Below the pieces are notes generated by a model. It was not told where the DNA came from. It searched no databases and was given only the letters and a program-made list of their open reading frames with translations. A stretch of DNA of 60,856 nt, taken from the NCBI GenBank assembly GCA_052387775.1, contig JBQTIV010000011.1, positions 1 through 60,856 on the forward strand. Direction: 5' to 3'. Positions 28,296 to 42,566 of the stretch are shown here, in pieces. A program made the position numbers and the translations under genes. The stretch comes from Betaproteobacteria bacterium. GTDB lineage: Bacteria > Pseudomonadota > Gammaproteobacteria > Burkholderiales > JACQAP01. How positions within the stretch are numbered: position 1 is the stretch's first letter; every line of letters starts with the position of its first letter.

Positions 28296-30820
28296 GCAAA
28301 AAACTGATCATTGCCGAGAAGCCCTCCGTCGCCACAGACATCGCGCGCGCGCTGGGCGGCTTCACGCGCCATGGCGAGTACTTCGAGAGGGCCGAGTACG
28401 TACTGTCCTCCGCGGTCGGGCATCTGCTGACGCTGGCGGTCCCCGAGAGCCACGACGTCAAGCGCGGCAAGTGGTCGTTCGCGAATCTGCCGGTGATCCC
28501 GCCGCATTTCGAGCTGGCACCGATCGAGCGCAGCGAGGCCCGCCTCAACGTGCTGCTGCGGCTGATCAAGCGCAAGGACGTCACCGGCCTGATCAACGCC
28601 TGCGACGCCGGCCGCGAGGGCGAACTGATCTTCCGCTATATCGTGCAGCACGCCCGCTCCAAGAAGCCGATCGAGCGCTTGTGGCTGCAGTCGATGACGC
28701 AGCAATCGATCCGGGACGGGTTCGCCGACCTGCGCGAGGACAAGGCAATGCTGCCGCTCGCAGACGCGGCGAAGTGCCGCTCCGAGGCGGACTGGCTGGT
28801 AGGCATCAACGGCACGCGGGCAATGACCGCGTTCAACTCCAAGGAGGGCGGCTTCTACCTGACCACGGTAGGCCGCGTCCAGACACCCACGCTGGCGATC
28901 CTAGTCGAGCGCGAGGAGAAAATCCGCGCGTTCACGCCGAAGGACTACTGGGAAGTGCATGCCAAATTTGGCGCGCAGGCCGGAGAGTACGCCGGTCGCT
29001 GGTTCGACCCGAAATTCAAGAAAGACGATGACGCCGAGCGCAAGGCAGAGCGGTTATGGAGCGCGGCGAAGGCCGAGGCTGTCGTCAGCGCGTGCCGCGG
29101 CAAGATGAGCATCGCGAACGAGGAATCCAAACCCACCACCCAACTTTCGCCGTTGCTCTTCGACCTGACCAGCCTGCAGCGCGAGGCGAATAGCCGTTTC
29201 GGCTTCCCCGCGCGCATGACCCTGTCCCTCGCACAGGCGCTATACGAACGCCATAAGGTGCTCACCTATCCACGCACGGACGCGAAGGCGCTGCCGGAGG
29301 ACTATCTGGGCACGGTCAAGAAAACCCTCGAATCGCTCACCGAAGCGAAGGAGTTCGCGCCTTTCGCCAAACAGATCGTCAAGCAGGGCTGGGTGAAGCC
29401 GAACAAGCGGATCTTCGACAACACCAAGATCTCCGACCACTTTGCGATCATTCCGACCCTGCAGGTGCCCAAACACCTGAACGAGGCGGAAGCGAAGCTC
29501 TACGACATGGTAGTACGCCGTTTTCTCGCCGTGTTTTTCCCGGCGGCCGAATCGCTGCAGACCACCCGCGTCACGCGCGTCGGCGAGCACCACTTCAAAA
29601 CCGAAGGCAAGGTCCTGCAGAAACCTGGCTGGCTGGCGGTCTACGGTCGTGCCGGCGGCGAAGAAAACGAGAACCTGCCGGCGATCACCAAGGACGAGAA
29701 AGTGAAGATCGTGGAGCTCGCGGCGCAAGCCAACCAAACCAAGCCGCCGCCGCGCTATAGCGAAGCGACGCTGCTTTCCGCCATGGAGGGCGCGGGCAAG
29801 CTAGTCGAGGACGAGGAGATGCGCGAGGCAATGGGAACCAAGGGCCTCGGCACGCCGGCCACCCGCGCCGCGATCATCGAGGGCTTGATCCACGAGGAAT
29901 ACGTGCACCGCGAAAACCGCGAGCTCGTGCCTACGCCAAAGGCTTTCTCCCTGTTGTTCGCGCTGCACGTGATGAGCATCCCTGAGCTCGCCTCGCCTGA
30001 GCTCACCGGCGAATGGGAGCACAAGCTGAAGCTCATCGAGGGGGGAAAATTCACTCGCGAAGAGTTCATGGATCACATCTCCGAACTCGTACGCAAGGTC
30101 GTAACGATCATCAAGAGCGGCGACATCCCGGATACGGTGTTTGCGACCGTGCCGGTGCCGTGCCCGAAATGTGGCAGCGAAGTGCAGGAGAACTACTGCA
30201 AGTTCCAGTGCCGGAAGTGCGATTTTTCGATCTGGAAAGTGGTCTCGGGGCGCGAATGGTCGGCCGACGAGATCGCGGAACTCATCAAGAAGCGCGTGGT
30301 CGGGCCGCTCACCGGCTTTCGCAGCCGCTTGGGCAAACCCTTCGCAGCGGTCGTGCGGCTCAACGACGAGCTGCGGCCGGAGTTCGATTTCGGCCAGGGT
30401 ACCGGCCAGGATGAGGAAGCACCGGATTTTAGCCAGCACGAGTCTCTCGGCGCGTGCCCGAAGTGCAACTCACGCGTCTACGAGTACGGCGTGACCTACA
30501 CCTGCGAGAAGGCGGTCGGCCCGGCGCGCAACTGCGACTTCCGTTCCGGCCGCATCATCCTGCAGCAGCCGGTCGAGCGCGAGCAGATGAAGAAGCTTCT
30601 CGCCACGGGCCGCACCGACCTGCTCAACGGCTTCATCTCGAAGAAGGGTCGGCGATTCAAGGCGTTCCTCGTCAAGACGCCGGACAGCAAGGTCGGCTTC
30701 GAGTTCCAGCCTCGATCACCCAGGCCGGGGGCCGCCGAAAAGGCCACTTCACCCGCCAGCAAAGTCAAGCAGTTCAGGAAGGAGAAACCGGCGCCCGCCC
30801 GGAAGCGGCACGCCGCGTAA
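28292..30820 (+). CDS. topB: Type IA DNA topoisomerase of the TopB (topoisomerase III) kind, with C-terminal zinc ribbons and topoisomerase C-terminal repeats
   Basis: 842 aa. Reads [14 protein letters not shown]...[12 protein letters not shown]...GRVQTPTLA, with the active-site context [12 protein letters not shown]. The C-terminus has CPKCGS...CRKC and CPKCNS...C ribbons, each followed by a G(F)xSxxGxxFxAxL repeat, then a basic tail. Confidence 0.85.
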   Translation: MSKKLIIAEKPSVATDIARALGGFTRHGEYFERAEYVLSSAVGHLLTLAVPESHDVKRGKWSFANLPVIPPHFELAPIERSEARLNVLLRLIKRKDVTGLINACDAGREGELIFRYIVQHARSKKPIERLWLQSMTQQSIRDGFADLREDKAMLPLADAAKCRSEADWLVGINGTRAMTAFNSKEGGFYLTTVGRVQTPTLAILVEREEKIRAFTPKDYWEVHAKFGAQAGEYAGRWFDPKFKKDDDAERKAERLWSAAKAEAVVSACRGKMSIANEESKPTTQLSPLLFDLTSLQREANSRFGFPARMTLSLAQALYERHKVLTYPRTDAKALPEDYLGTVKKTLESLTEAKEFAPFAKQIVKQGWVKPNKRIFDNTKISDHFAIIPTLQVPKHLNEAEAKLYDMVVRRFLAVFFPAAESLQTTRVTRVGEHHFKTEGKVLQKPGWLAVYGRAGGEENENLPAITKDEKVKIVELAAQANQTKPPPRYSEATLLSAMEGAGKLVEDEEMREAMGTKGLGTPATRAAIIEGLIHEEYVHRENRELVPTPKAFSLLFALHVMSIPELASPELTGEWEHKLKLIEGGKFTREEFMDHISELVRKVVTIIKSGDIPDTVFATVPVPCPKCGSEVQENYCKFQCRKCDFSIWKVVSGREWSADEIAELIKKRVVGPLTGFRSRLGKPFAAVVRLNDELRPEFDFGQGTGQDEEAPDFSQHESLGACPKCNSRVYEYGVTYTCEKAVGPARNCDFRSGRIILQQPVEREQMKKLLATGRTDLLNGFISKKGRRFKAFLVKTPDSKVGFEFQPRSPRPGAAEKATSPASKVKQFRKEKPAPARKRHAA

Positions 30821-30821
30821 A

Positions 30822-34347
<3,526 letters not shown>

Positions 34348-34522
34348 TCTTGAACCTTAATAAAGTTAATAGATCGCGGGAAACCTGTTGGCTAACGCAC
34401 TTGTGGCTTTGAAAACATGCGCTTCCGATCCTGTATAACTCTTGTAGGAGCGGTGGACGGATTGTGGTTACCTGCCGCCGATTCGATGGCGCGCTGCTTA
34501 TCAACAATCTGTACAGGGTTCA

Positions 34523-35848
34523 TCAACCGCGCAGAGTCTGCAGGAGTGCGTCGAAGTCGCGGGTAATCTCGGCATTGACGGCGCGTAGATCCGTAATTTT
34601 GCGGCAGGCATGCAGCACCGTCGTGTGATCGCGGCCGCCGAAGGCATCACCGATGTCGGGCAGACTCAGATGCGTGAGTTCCTTGGCCAGGGCCATGGCG
34701 ACCTGCCGCGGCCGCGCAACCGCGCGCGAGCGCTTTTTTGAGTACATCTCGGAAACCTTGATCTTGTAGTAGTCGGCAACGATTCGCTGGATATTTTCCA
34801 CCGAGACCTGCCTCACCTGCACGGCGAGCAGATCCTTGAGCGCTTCGCGGGCAAGATCCACCGAGAGCCTGGCATTGGCGAACTTGGCGTAAGCGAGAAC
34901 ACGCTTCAAACCCCCTTCGAGTTCGCGCACGTTGGACTGGATGTGGGTGGCAACGAAAAACGCGATGTCTTCCGGCAGCTTGACACGCTCGGCTTCCGCC
35001 TTCTTGAGCAGGATTGCCACCCGCATTTCCAGTTCCGGCGGCTCGATCGCGACCGTAAGACCCCAGCCAAAACGGGATATCAGCCTGTCTTCGATGCCGG
35101 CGATTTCCTTCGGATAAGTATCGCAGGTAATGATGACCTGCTTGTGCGCTTCGATCAGCGCATTGAAGGCGTAGAAAAATTCTTCCTGCGTACGGTTCTT
35201 GCCGCTGAAGAACTGGATATCGTCGATCAGCAGAAGGTCCAGCGAGTGGTAGTACTTCTTGAAGTCGTCAAAGGCCTTGTGCTGATAGGCACGAACCACA
35301 TCGGAGACGTAGCGTTCGGCGTGGATGTAGCGGACCTTGGCGGACGGGTTGAGTTCGAGCAGCATGTTGCCGATGGCTTGAATGAGGTGGGTCTTGCCCA
35401 GTCCGACCCCGCCGTAAACAAACAGCGGGTTGTAAGCCACGCCCGGATGTTCGGCAACCTGCAACGCGGCGGCGCGAGCGAGTTGATTGGCCTTGCCGGT
35501 CACGAACGAATCGAAAGTAAACGACGGATTGAGGCGACTTTGCTCGCGGATCTTCGGTTTAGGCGCCGGTACTTCGGCCGGAGGCGCGGGCCGGCTTCTC
35601 TCCTCGGCCGCGCTTTCCGAAAGAGTAAGTACTACGGGAGTAGGTTTGCGCAGGTACTCTGAAGACAGCCGCTCGATTTCAGACACGAACTTGTCCTTGA
35701 CCCACTCGAGAACAAAGCGATTGGGCGCTGATACCACTACCGTATGCTCGTCCAGGCGCACGTGCAGCGGCTGAATCCAGGTCTTGTACTGTTGCGCCGG
35801 AAGAGATTTTTCGAAATGGCGTAGGCAGTGATTCCAGAAGCTATCCAT
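34523..35848 (-). CDS. dnaA: Chromosomal replication initiator protein DnaA
   Basis: Trimmed to the ATG at 35848 ([28 protein letters not shown]). Walker A is [10 protein letters not shown], followed by LLIDDIQF. The DnaA signature is [16 protein letters not shown]. Confidence 0.95.
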   Translation of the reverse strand: MDSFWNHCLRHFEKSLPAQQYKTWIQPLHVRLDEHTVVVSAPNRFVLEWVKDKFVSEIERLSSEYLRKPTPVVLTLSESAAEERSRPAPPAEVPAPKPKIREQSRLNPSFTFDSFVTGKANQLARAAALQVAEHPGVAYNPLFVYGGVGLGKTHLIQAIGNMLLELNPSAKVRYIHAERYVSDVVRAYQHKAFDDFKKYYHSLDLLLIDDIQFFSGKNRTQEEFFYAFNALIEAHKQVIITCDTYPKEIAGIEDRLISRFGWGLTVAIEPPELEMRVAILLKKAEAERVKLPEDIAFFVATHIQSNVRELEGGLKRVLAYAKFANARLSVDLAREALKDLLAVQVRQVSVENIQRIVADYYKIKVSEMYSKKRSRAVARPRQVAMALAKELTHLSLPDIGDAFGGRDHTTVLHACRKITDLRAVNAEITRDFDALLQTLRG

Positions 35849-35931
35849 CGGCGCCAGTTTGTGTTTGCTATGGGATGCAGCCGCGAAAGGCCACCCGAGA
35901 TGCGGCCGAATTTTAACAGCAATATCTGGAG

Positions 35932-35940
35932 TTATCCACA
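35932..35940 (+). promoter_or_regulatory. Perfect consensus DnaA box (TTATCCACA) in the dnaA-rpmH divergent spacer
   Basis: Exact 9-mer match, 84 nt upstream of the dnaA start. This is the classical autoregulatory position. Confidence 0.7.
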
Positions 35941-35964
35941 GGCTCGAGGCGACCGCTGTCGCGG

Positions 35965-35994
35965 TTGACAATAACCTGCAAAAACAAGTGTAAT
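35965..35994 (+). promoter_or_regulatory. Candidate sigma70 promoter for rpmH-rnpA-yidD-yidC
   Basis: TTGACA (35965-70), an 18-nt spacer, then TGTAAT (35989-94), about 38 nt before the rpmH ATG. Pattern match only. Confidence 0.4.
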
Positions 35995-36031
35995 GACGGG
36001 CTTTTTCACGCCAGTCACCGGAGCAAGCCGA

Positions 36032-36166
36032 ATGAAGCGTACGTATCAGCCATCGAAAACCCGCCGCAGCCGCACCCATGGTTTCCTGGTGCGCATGAAA
36101 ACCCGAGGCGGTCGCGCCGTTATCAATTCCCGTCGAGCCAAGGGCCGTGCGCGCCTGGCGGTGTGA
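36032..36166 (+). CDS. rpmH: 50S ribosomal protein L34
   Basis: Too short for the ORF track. My translation is [44 protein letters not shown] (44 aa), a textbook L34. Confidence 0.95.
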   Translation: MKRTYQPSKTRRSRTHGFLVRMKTRGGRAVINSRRAKGRARLAV

Positions 36167-36507
36167 CCGAGCCGCGTCCCAAGCTGCCTCGCGAGGCGAG
36201 GTTGCGCGGCGGGGCGCATTTCACCGGCGCATTCACGGCGAGACGACAGGGGCGGTTCTTCATTGTCCTCGCCAGAAATAATCCGGGCGGCCAGGCCGCG
36301 CGTCTGGGAATTGTCGTCGGCCGGCGCAACGCGCCCAGGGCAGTTACCCGCTCGGCGATGAAACGTCTGGTGCGCGAAGTGTTTCGCCACCTGCGCGGTG
36401 CTCTAGGATCGACGGACTTTGTCGTGCGGGTTCGCAGGCCTGCCGGCAGCGAAGAAATGGCCGAGGCACGCGGTGAGCTGCAAAGCCTGTTGAGCGGTGG
36501 CCGCTGA
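36163..36507 (+). CDS. rnpA: Ribonuclease P protein component
   Basis: The GTG at 36163 overlaps the rpmH stop. Reads [24 protein letters not shown]...[27 protein letters not shown] (basic RNR-like motif). Conserved position. Confidence 0.85.
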   Translation: MTEPRPKLPREARLRGGAHFTGAFTARRQGRFFIVLARNNPGGQAARLGIVVGRRNAPRAVTRSAMKRLVREVFRHLRGALGSTDFVVRVRRPAGSEEMAEARGELQSLLSGGR

Positions 36508-36716
36508 TGCGCACCGCGTTGGTAAACCTGATCAGGCTCTACCAATACCTGTTGAGCCCGTGGGTCGGCGTTCACTGCCGCTTCTATCCGACTTGTTCGG
36601 AATACGCGAAAGCTGCGATCGAGACTCACGGCGTCTTGCGCGGAAGCTGGTTCGCGGCGCGGCGCCTGCTGCGTTGCCACCCATGGCATCCGGGCGGAGC
36701 CGATCCGGTACCCTGA
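36507..36716 (+). CDS. yidD: Membrane protein insertion efficiency factor YidD
   Basis: 69 aa. Reads [35 protein letters not shown]...[12 protein letters not shown]. Confidence 0.9.
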   Translation: MRTALVNLIRLYQYLLSPWVGVHCRFYPTCSEYAKAAIETHGVLRGSWFAARRLLRCHPWHPGGADPVP

Positions 36717-36732
36717 ATAGATAACCCTTTCC

Positions 36733-38391
36733 ATGGATAGTTTGCGATTGTTTGCGGCGATGATCTTCGCCGTTTCGGTTTTCCTGCTGTTCGACGCCTG
36801 GGTAAAGGAGCGTAGTCCGCAGCCGGCGGCGTCGCAGGACACGGCGCAGCAGGGCGTTACGGCCACACCGTCACCCACACTTCCACCCGGCGCGACCACG
36901 CCGGCAAGCCCGGCTGCGCCGCCCGCCAGGGCTGCGGCCTCGAGTTCGGCAACTTTGCCCGTGATTAGCGTGCGTACCGATGTGCTGAATGCCGAAATCG
37001 ATCCGCTTGGCGGGGTATTGCGCAGGCTGGAGTTTACCGAGCACAAGGACAAGATCGACAAGAAGCGCAACTTCGTTCTGTTCGAGCAATCCGCCGACCA
37101 TACTTACGTCGTGCAAAGCGGCCTTATCGGCGCGAACCTGCCTAACCACACAACCGCCTATCGCGCCGCCAGCGCGAACTATGAACTTGGCGAGGGCAGC
37201 GATGAAGTGACCGTCACCCTGACCGCGCCCGAAGTCAATCGCATCGCGGTGACCAAGCGCATCGTTTTCCAGCGCGGCAGCTATCTGATCAACGAGTCCT
37301 TTCAGATCGTCAACGGCGGCAGCGACGAGCTGAAAGCGTTCGCATACTTCCAGTTTCTTCGCGACGGGAATCCGGCCGCGGGCGACTCGAAGATGGTCCC
37401 GACCTACACCGGCGCGGCCGTGTACACGGACCAGTCGAAATTTCTCAAGGTGACTTTCGGCGACATCGACAAGGGTAATGCCGACTATCCAAAGCACGTC
37501 AACGATGGCTGGATCGCCTTCGTGCAGCATTATTTCGTGGCGGCCTGGCTTGCGCCAGGCGAAACCCCCCGCGAATTCTATACACGGGCGCTGGGCAACA
37601 GCTTGTACGCTGTGGGCGTAATCGTGCCGGCGGGTAGCATCGCGCCACACGCCTCCGGGCAAGTCGACATGCGTTTGTATGCCGGACCGCAGCAGCAGGA
37701 GAAGCTCGCCACGCTCGCCCCGCGTCTGGAATTGACGGTGGACTACGGCTGGCTCACGGTCATCGCGGCGCCATTGTTCTGGGTGCTCTCGGCGATCCAG
37801 AAGTGGGTGAACAACTGGGGCGTGGCGATCATCATTCTGACCATCATCATCAAGCTGATCTTCTATCCGCTGTCGGCCGCAAGTTACAAATCCATGGCGA
37901 AGATGCGCGTGCTGGGGCCGAAGATGCAAAAGCTCAAGGAGCAATATGGCGACGACCGGCAGCGCATGCAGCAGGCGATGATCGAGATGTACAAGACCGA
38001 GAAGATCAATCCGCTCGGGGGTTGTTTGACGATCGTGGTGCAGATCCCGGTGTTCATCGCGCTGTACTGGGTATTGCTCGCTAGCGTGGAATTGCGCAAC
38101 GCGCCGTTCATTTTCTGGATCACGGATCTTTCGGCACAGGACCCCTATTACATCCTGCCGGTGCTGATGGGTATCACCATGATCATCCAGACGGCGCTGA
38201 ATCCCACCCCGCCGGACCCGGTGCAGGCGAAGGTAATGAAGATCATGCCGGTGGTATTCAGCGTGTTCTTCTTCTTTTTCCCGGCCGGGTTGGTGCTCTA
38301 CTGGCTGGTGAACAACATACTTTCCATCGCGCAGCAGTGGCAGATCACGCGCGCAATCGAGCGGTCAAAACCCGCTCATGCTCCGCGCTGA
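36733..38391 (+). CDS. yidC: Membrane protein insertase YidC
   Basis: 552 aa. It has an N-terminal TM helix, a large periplasmic domain, and a C-terminal 60-kDa IMP core (KMQKLKEQYGDDRQRMQQAMIEMYKTEKINPLGGCL...). Confidence 0.95.
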   Translation: MDSLRLFAAMIFAVSVFLLFDAWVKERSPQPAASQDTAQQGVTATPSPTLPPGATTPASPAAPPARAAASSSATLPVISVRTDVLNAEIDPLGGVLRRLEFTEHKDKIDKKRNFVLFEQSADHTYVVQSGLIGANLPNHTTAYRAASANYELGEGSDEVTVTLTAPEVNRIAVTKRIVFQRGSYLINESFQIVNGGSDELKAFAYFQFLRDGNPAAGDSKMVPTYTGAAVYTDQSKFLKVTFGDIDKGNADYPKHVNDGWIAFVQHYFVAAWLAPGETPREFYTRALGNSLYAVGVIVPAGSIAPHASGQVDMRLYAGPQQQEKLATLAPRLELTVDYGWLTVIAAPLFWVLSAIQKWVNNWGVAIIILTIIIKLIFYPLSAASYKSMAKMRVLGPKMQKLKEQYGDDRQRMQQAMIEMYKTEKINPLGGCLTIVVQIPVFIALYWVLLASVELRNAPFIFWITDLSAQDPYYILPVLMGITMIIQTALNPTPPDPVQAKVMKIMPVVFSVFFFFFPAGLVLYWLVNNILSIAQQWQITRAIERSKPAHAPR

Positions 38392-39718
38392 GACGATTGC
38401 TGCGGTTGCAACTGCCGCCGGGCGTGCGGGAATCGGCGTAATCCGCGTTTCCGGCCCCGCGGTCCGCGCCATTGTCGCGGGAATCGTTGGGCGCCTGCCC
38501 AAGCCACGCGCCGCTACGCTCTGCGATTTCCGCGACGCTAACGGCGGGACAATCGATTGCGGCCTCGCCTTGTTCTTTCCCGCGCCGCACTCTTACACCG
38601 GCGAGGATGTGCTCGAACTTCACGGTCACGGGGGGCCAGCGGTACTGCGACTGGTGCTGCGACGCTGTCTGGAACTCGGCGCGCGACCGGCGCAACCGGG
38701 CGAATTCACCCGTCGCGCCTTTCTGAACGACAAGCTCGACCTTGCTCAGGCTGAAAGTGTGGCCGATCTGATCGACGCCAGCTCGGAGGCTGCGGCGCGC
38801 GGTGCGATGCGCTCGCTGGCGGGCGAGTTCTCCGCACGCATCAGGCGTCTCGTCGGCGCCTTGACCGAATTGCGGGCGCTGGTCGAAGCGACCTTGGATT
38901 TCCCCGACGAGGAGCTCGATTTTCTCGAGCGGGGCGACGCATTCAAGCGGCTAGCGCGGCTGCGCGTAGAACTCGCCGAGGTTCAGCGAGCGGCGCGACA
39001 AGGCAGGATACTGCGCGAGGGCGCGAGGTGTGTGCTGATCGGCCAGCCCAACGTCGGCAAGTCGAGCCTGCTTAATCGTCTCGCCGGTGATGAGGTTGCC
39101 ATCGTCACCGAGATTCCGGGTACCACGCGCGACCCGTTGCGTCACGAACTGGTGATCGAGGGCGTGCCGGTGCACGTGATAGATACCGCCGGGCTGCGCG
39201 AATCCGAGGAGCTGGTGGAAAAAATCGGCATCGAACGCGCGTGGCGCGAAATCAGTCAGGCGGACGTTGCTCTGCTGGTCGTTGACGTGACCCAAGGGAT
39301 GGCTGGCGCCGATCACGCGATCCTGGAGAAACTACCGGCCAAAATCAAAAAGATTTTTATTTTCAATAAGATAGACTTGACTGCAGAAGCTCCGTCAGCG
39401 CACGAAATGGCGGACCGGGTAGAGATCCGGGTATCGGCCAAGTCGGGCGCCGGCCTGGAGTTGTTGCGAACCAATATCCTGCAGTCCGTGGGCTGGCGAC
39501 CGGCAGAGGAAGCACAATTCATGGCCAGGGAGCGGCACTTGAGTGCGCTCCAGCAAGCCGACGCGGCGCTCGCGCGCGCGGCCAGTCAGGCGAAGGCCAT
39601 CGAGTTGTTTGCAGAGGAACTACGATTGGCTCAACTGGCGCTGGGCGAGATTACCGGACAATTCAGCGCTGACGATCTGCTCGGCGAAATCTTTTCCCGT
39701 TTCTGCATCGGCAAGTAA
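38378..39718 (+). CDS. mnmE: tRNA uridine-5-carboxymethylaminomethyl modification GTPase MnmE
   Basis: 446 aa. Reads TIAAVATAAGRAGIGVIRVSG. The G domain has GQPNVGKSSLLN and DTAGLR. The C-terminal motif is FCIGK. Confidence 0.95.
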   Translation: MLRAETIAAVATAAGRAGIGVIRVSGPAVRAIVAGIVGRLPKPRAATLCDFRDANGGTIDCGLALFFPAPHSYTGEDVLELHGHGGPAVLRLVLRRCLELGARPAQPGEFTRRAFLNDKLDLAQAESVADLIDASSEAAARGAMRSLAGEFSARIRRLVGALTELRALVEATLDFPDEELDFLERGDAFKRLARLRVELAEVQRAARQGRILREGARCVLIGQPNVGKSSLLNRLAGDEVAIVTEIPGTTRDPLRHELVIEGVPVHVIDTAGLRESEELVEKIGIERAWREISQADVALLVVDVTQGMAGADHAILEKLPAKIKKIFIFNKIDLTAEAPSAHEMADRVEIRVSAKSGAGLELLRTNILQSVGWRPAEEAQFMARERHLSALQQADAALARAASQAKAIELFAEELRLAQLALGEITGQFSADDLLGEIFSRFCIGK

Positions 39719-39724
39719 GCGCTC

Positions 39725-40480
39725 GTGACCGACGTTCTGGTGCTGTGCGTGTTTGCATTCTTCGGCGGACTGGTGGACGCGGTCGCCGGCGGCGGCGGCT
39801 TGATTCTCGTGCCGGCGCTGTTTGCCGTTTATCCCTCGGCGCCGCCCGCGCTGCTGCTCGGCACCAACAAGCTCTCTTCGATAGCCGGTACCATCTTTGC
39901 AGCGCTGCGCTACGCCTGGTCGGTGCCGATTCGCTGGCGGACGATTCTGCCGGCGGCGTTGGTCGCGTGTGGCGGCGGCGCTGCCGGGGCCAAGGCGGTG
40001 ACACTGGTCGAGCCCGGCGTGCTGCGGCCGCTGATCCTGGTGATGCTGGCAGCGGTGGCGATTTATACGCTGACGCGGCGAGACTTCGGCGCCACGCCCG
40101 GCGTCCAGGGGCGGCTCGAACTCGAGGGGCCTGGGGTGGCTACGCTGTCAGGGGTCGTCGGTTTCTACGACGGATTCTTCGGCCCGGGCGCCGGCAGTTT
40201 CCTGCTGTTTGGTCTGGTGCGGCTGTTCAGATACGATTTCCTCGGCGCCGCGGCTGCCACTAAAGTCCTGAATTTCGCGACAAATTTCGGTGCGTTAATG
40301 CTCTTCATGGCGACCGGCAACGTCCTCTACGCGGTCGGATTGCCGATGGCATTCTGCAGTATCGCGGGCGGATTGCTCGGCGCCCAGCTGGCGGTTCGTC
40401 GGGGTAGCCGCTTCGTCCGCTGGATGTTCTTGCTGGTCGTTGTGGCGCTGATCGCCAGGCTTTCCTACGATTTGCTGTAG
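39725..40480 (+). CDS. TauE/SafE (TSUP, DUF81) family anion-exporter-like membrane protein
   Basis: 251 aa with a GTG start and about 8 TM helices. Reads FFGGLVDAVAGGGGLILVPAL...GTNKLSSIAG. Confidence 0.8.
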   Translation: MTDVLVLCVFAFFGGLVDAVAGGGGLILVPALFAVYPSAPPALLLGTNKLSSIAGTIFAALRYAWSVPIRWRTILPAALVACGGGAAGAKAVTLVEPGVLRPLILVMLAAVAIYTLTRRDFGATPGVQGRLELEGPGVATLSGVVGFYDGFFGPGAGSFLLFGLVRLFRYDFLGAAAATKVLNFATNFGALMLFMATGNVLYAVGLPMAFCSIAGGLLGAQLAVRRGSRFVRWMFLLVVVALIARLSYDLL

Positions 40481-40500
40481 CAGCGCTAGACACATTAGTT

Positions 40501-40516
40501 AGTTCCACGTGAAACA
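40501..40516 (+). promoter_or_regulatory. parS centromere-like site (15/16 match)
   Basis: AGTTCCACGTGAAACA compared with the consensus TGTTNCACGTGAAACA. Only position 1 differs. Confidence 0.8.
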
Positions 40517-40538
40517 TCGGCAACGGCGGGGCACCGGA

Positions 40539-40554
40539 TGTTTCACGTGGAACA
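40539..40554 (-). promoter_or_regulatory. parS centromere-like site (16/16 match on the reverse strand)
   Basis: The plus strand reads TGTTTCACGTGGAACA. Its reverse complement, TGTTCCACGTGAAACA, matches TGTTNCACGTGAAACA exactly. Confidence 0.85.
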
Positions 40555-40631
40555 TTCAACTATCGGGGCGCCCCGGGTTCCTCGGTGTCAGGGGTTTCGG
40601 GTATGATTCCGCCCTCTTTGCACTGCCCAAA

Positions 40632-42566
40632 ATGCAGCTTTCCAATTCGTTCGACGTCATCGTAGTCGGCGGCGGTCACGCCGGCACCGAGGCCGCCCTG
40701 GCTGCCGCCCGGGCGGGATGCCGCACGCTGCTGCTGACCCATAACATTGAAACCCTAGGGCAGATGTCGTGCAATCCATCGATTGGCGGAATCGGCAAGG
40801 GACACCTGGTCAAGGAGGTGGATGCACTGGGCGGTGCGATGGCTGCCGCCACCGACGAGGCCGGCATCCAGTTTCGCATACTCAATTCCAGCAAAGGGCC
40901 GGCGGTGCGCGCCACGCGCGCCCAGGCCGACCGCGTGCTGTATCGCCAAGCCATCCGCCGGCGTCTTGAGAACCAGAAAAATCTCACGATTTTTCAGCAA
41001 GCTGTAGACGATTTGAGCCTCGACGGCGAGCGCGTGGCCGGGGTGGTGACGCAGCTGGGGTTGCGCTTCTCCGCGCGCACCGTAGTCTTGACGACCGGTA
41101 CTTTTTTGTCGGGACTGGTGCATGTCGGGCTGGATCATTACCAGGCCGGGCGCGCCGGCGATCCGCCGGCAATCAGCCTGGCGCGGCGGTTGCGCGAGTT
41201 GCAGTTGCCGGTGGGGCGCCTGAAGACCGGTACGCCGCCGCGGCTCGACGGCCGCAGCATCGACTATTCGGTGATGACCGAGCAGCCGGGCGACAAACCG
41301 GTACCGGTGTTTTCCTTCCTCGGATTGACCAGCCAGCATCCGCGGCAGCTGTCATGCTGGATCACTCACACGAATCCGCGCACCCACGAAATTATCCGTG
41401 GCGGGCTCGATCGTTCGCCGATGTTTTCCGGCTTGATCGAGGGCGTCGGACCGCGTTACTGCCCGTCGATCGAGGACAAAGTTACGCGCTTCGCCGACAG
41501 GAGCTCGCACCAGATCTTTCTCGAACCCGAGGGCCTGACCACCAACGAGGTCTACCCGAACGGTATTTCGACCAGCCTACCGTTCGACGTGCAAGTCGAA
41601 TTAGTTCATTCGATCAAGGGGTTGGGAAATGTGCACGTAACCCGTCCGGGCTATGCCATCGAATACGACTACTTCGATCCGCGCGGACTCAAGTCATCAC
41701 TGGAAACCAAGGCAATCGAGGGGCTGTTCTTCGCCGGCCAGATAAACGGCACCACTGGCTATGAGGAAGCGGCGGCGCAGGGCCTGCTTGCCGGGATCAA
41801 TGCGGCACTGCTGGTGCAGGCCAAACAGCCGTGGTGCCCGCGGCGCGATCAGGCTTACCTCGGTGTGCTGGTGGACGATCTGATCACTCGCGGCGTGACC
41901 GAGCCCTACCGGATGTTTACCAGCCGCGCCGAGTACCGTTTGAGCCTGCGCGAAGACAATGCCGATATGCGCCTTACGGAAATCGGCAGGCAGCTGGGCA
42001 TGGTGGACGATGCGCGCTGGGAAATCTTCGAGCGCAAACGCGAAGGCGTCGCGCGCGAACTGGAGCGCCTGAGGACTACTTGGGTAAACCCGAAATTGCT
42101 TGCCGATGAAACCATGCTGCGGCTGTTCGGCCAACCTTTGGAACGCGACCACACCTTGGAGGAGCTGCTGCGCCGGCCGTCGGTTCGCTATCGCGATCTG
42201 ATGGTGCTGGCCGATGCCGGCCGGGGCGTAGTCGAGGATCAGGCTGCCGAACAGGTCGAAATTCAGACCAAGTATCAGGGATACATCGAACGTCAGCGCG
42301 AAGAGGTCGAGCGCCAGGAGCACTTCGAAACTCTGCGCCTGCCGGCACAACTCGATTACCGCAGCGTACGCGGACTGTCGATCGAGGTGCAGCAGAAGCT
42401 CAACAAGCACAAGCCGGAAACGTTGGGGCAGGCCGCGCGCATCTCGGGCATCACGCCGGCGGCGATTTCACTGCTGCTGGTGCATTTGAAGCGCGGAATC
42501 AAGGAGATGGCCGGGCCCGGCGATCGTCATGGCGGCCTCGTACACGCTGCGGGAAACCACGGTTGA
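40632..42566 (+). CDS. mnmG: tRNA uridine 5-carboxymethylaminomethyl modification enzyme MnmG (GidA)
   Basis: Trimmed to the ATG at 40632: [22 protein letters not shown]...[24 protein letters not shown]. The track ORF start at 40509 lies inside the parS repeat. Confidence 0.95.
   Translation: MQLSNSFDVIVVGGGHAGTEAALAAARAGCRTLLLTHNIETLGQMSCNPSIGGIGKGHLVKEVDALGGAMAAATDEAGIQFRILNSSKGPAVRATRAQADRVLYRQAIRRRLENQKNLTIFQQAVDDLSLDGERVAGVVTQLGLRFSARTVVLTTGTFLSGLVHVGLDHYQAGRAGDPPAISLARRLRELQLPVGRLKTGTPPRLDGRSIDYSVMTEQPGDKPVPVFSFLGLTSQHPRQLSCWITHTNPRTHEIIRGGLDRSPMFSGLIEGVGPRYCPSIEDKVTRFADRSSHQIFLEPEGLTTNEVYPNGISTSLPFDVQVELVHSIKGLGNVHVTRPGYAIEYDYFDPRGLKSSLETKAIEGLFFAGQINGTTGYEEAAAQGLLAGINAALLVQAKQPWCPRRDQAYLGVLVDDLITRGVTEPYRMFTSRAEYRLSLREDNADMRLTEIGRQLGMVDDARWEIFERKREGVARELERLRTTWVNPKLLADETMLRLFGQPLERDHTLEELLRRPSVRYRDLMVLADAGRGVVEDQAAEQVEIQTKYQGYIERQREEVERQEHFETLRLPAQLDYRSVRGLSIEVQQKLNKHKPETLGQAARISGITPAAISLLLVHLKRGIKEMAGPGDRHGGLVHAAGNHG

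Noticed and set aside
34348-34522. Calling the dnaA-dnaN spacer oriC
   Set aside because: It has only near-consensus DnaA boxes with 1-2 mismatches and a roughly 20-bp AT-rich patch. That is insufficient for a feature call, so it is kept as an open question in the findings.
35849-36079. N-terminal extension of dnaA to 518 aa (track ORF 34523-36079)
   Set aside because: The extension would run through the DnaA box and the rpmH promoter, and would overlap the rpmH start on the other strand. The conserved DnaA N-terminus begins at MDSFWNHCL (ATG 35848).
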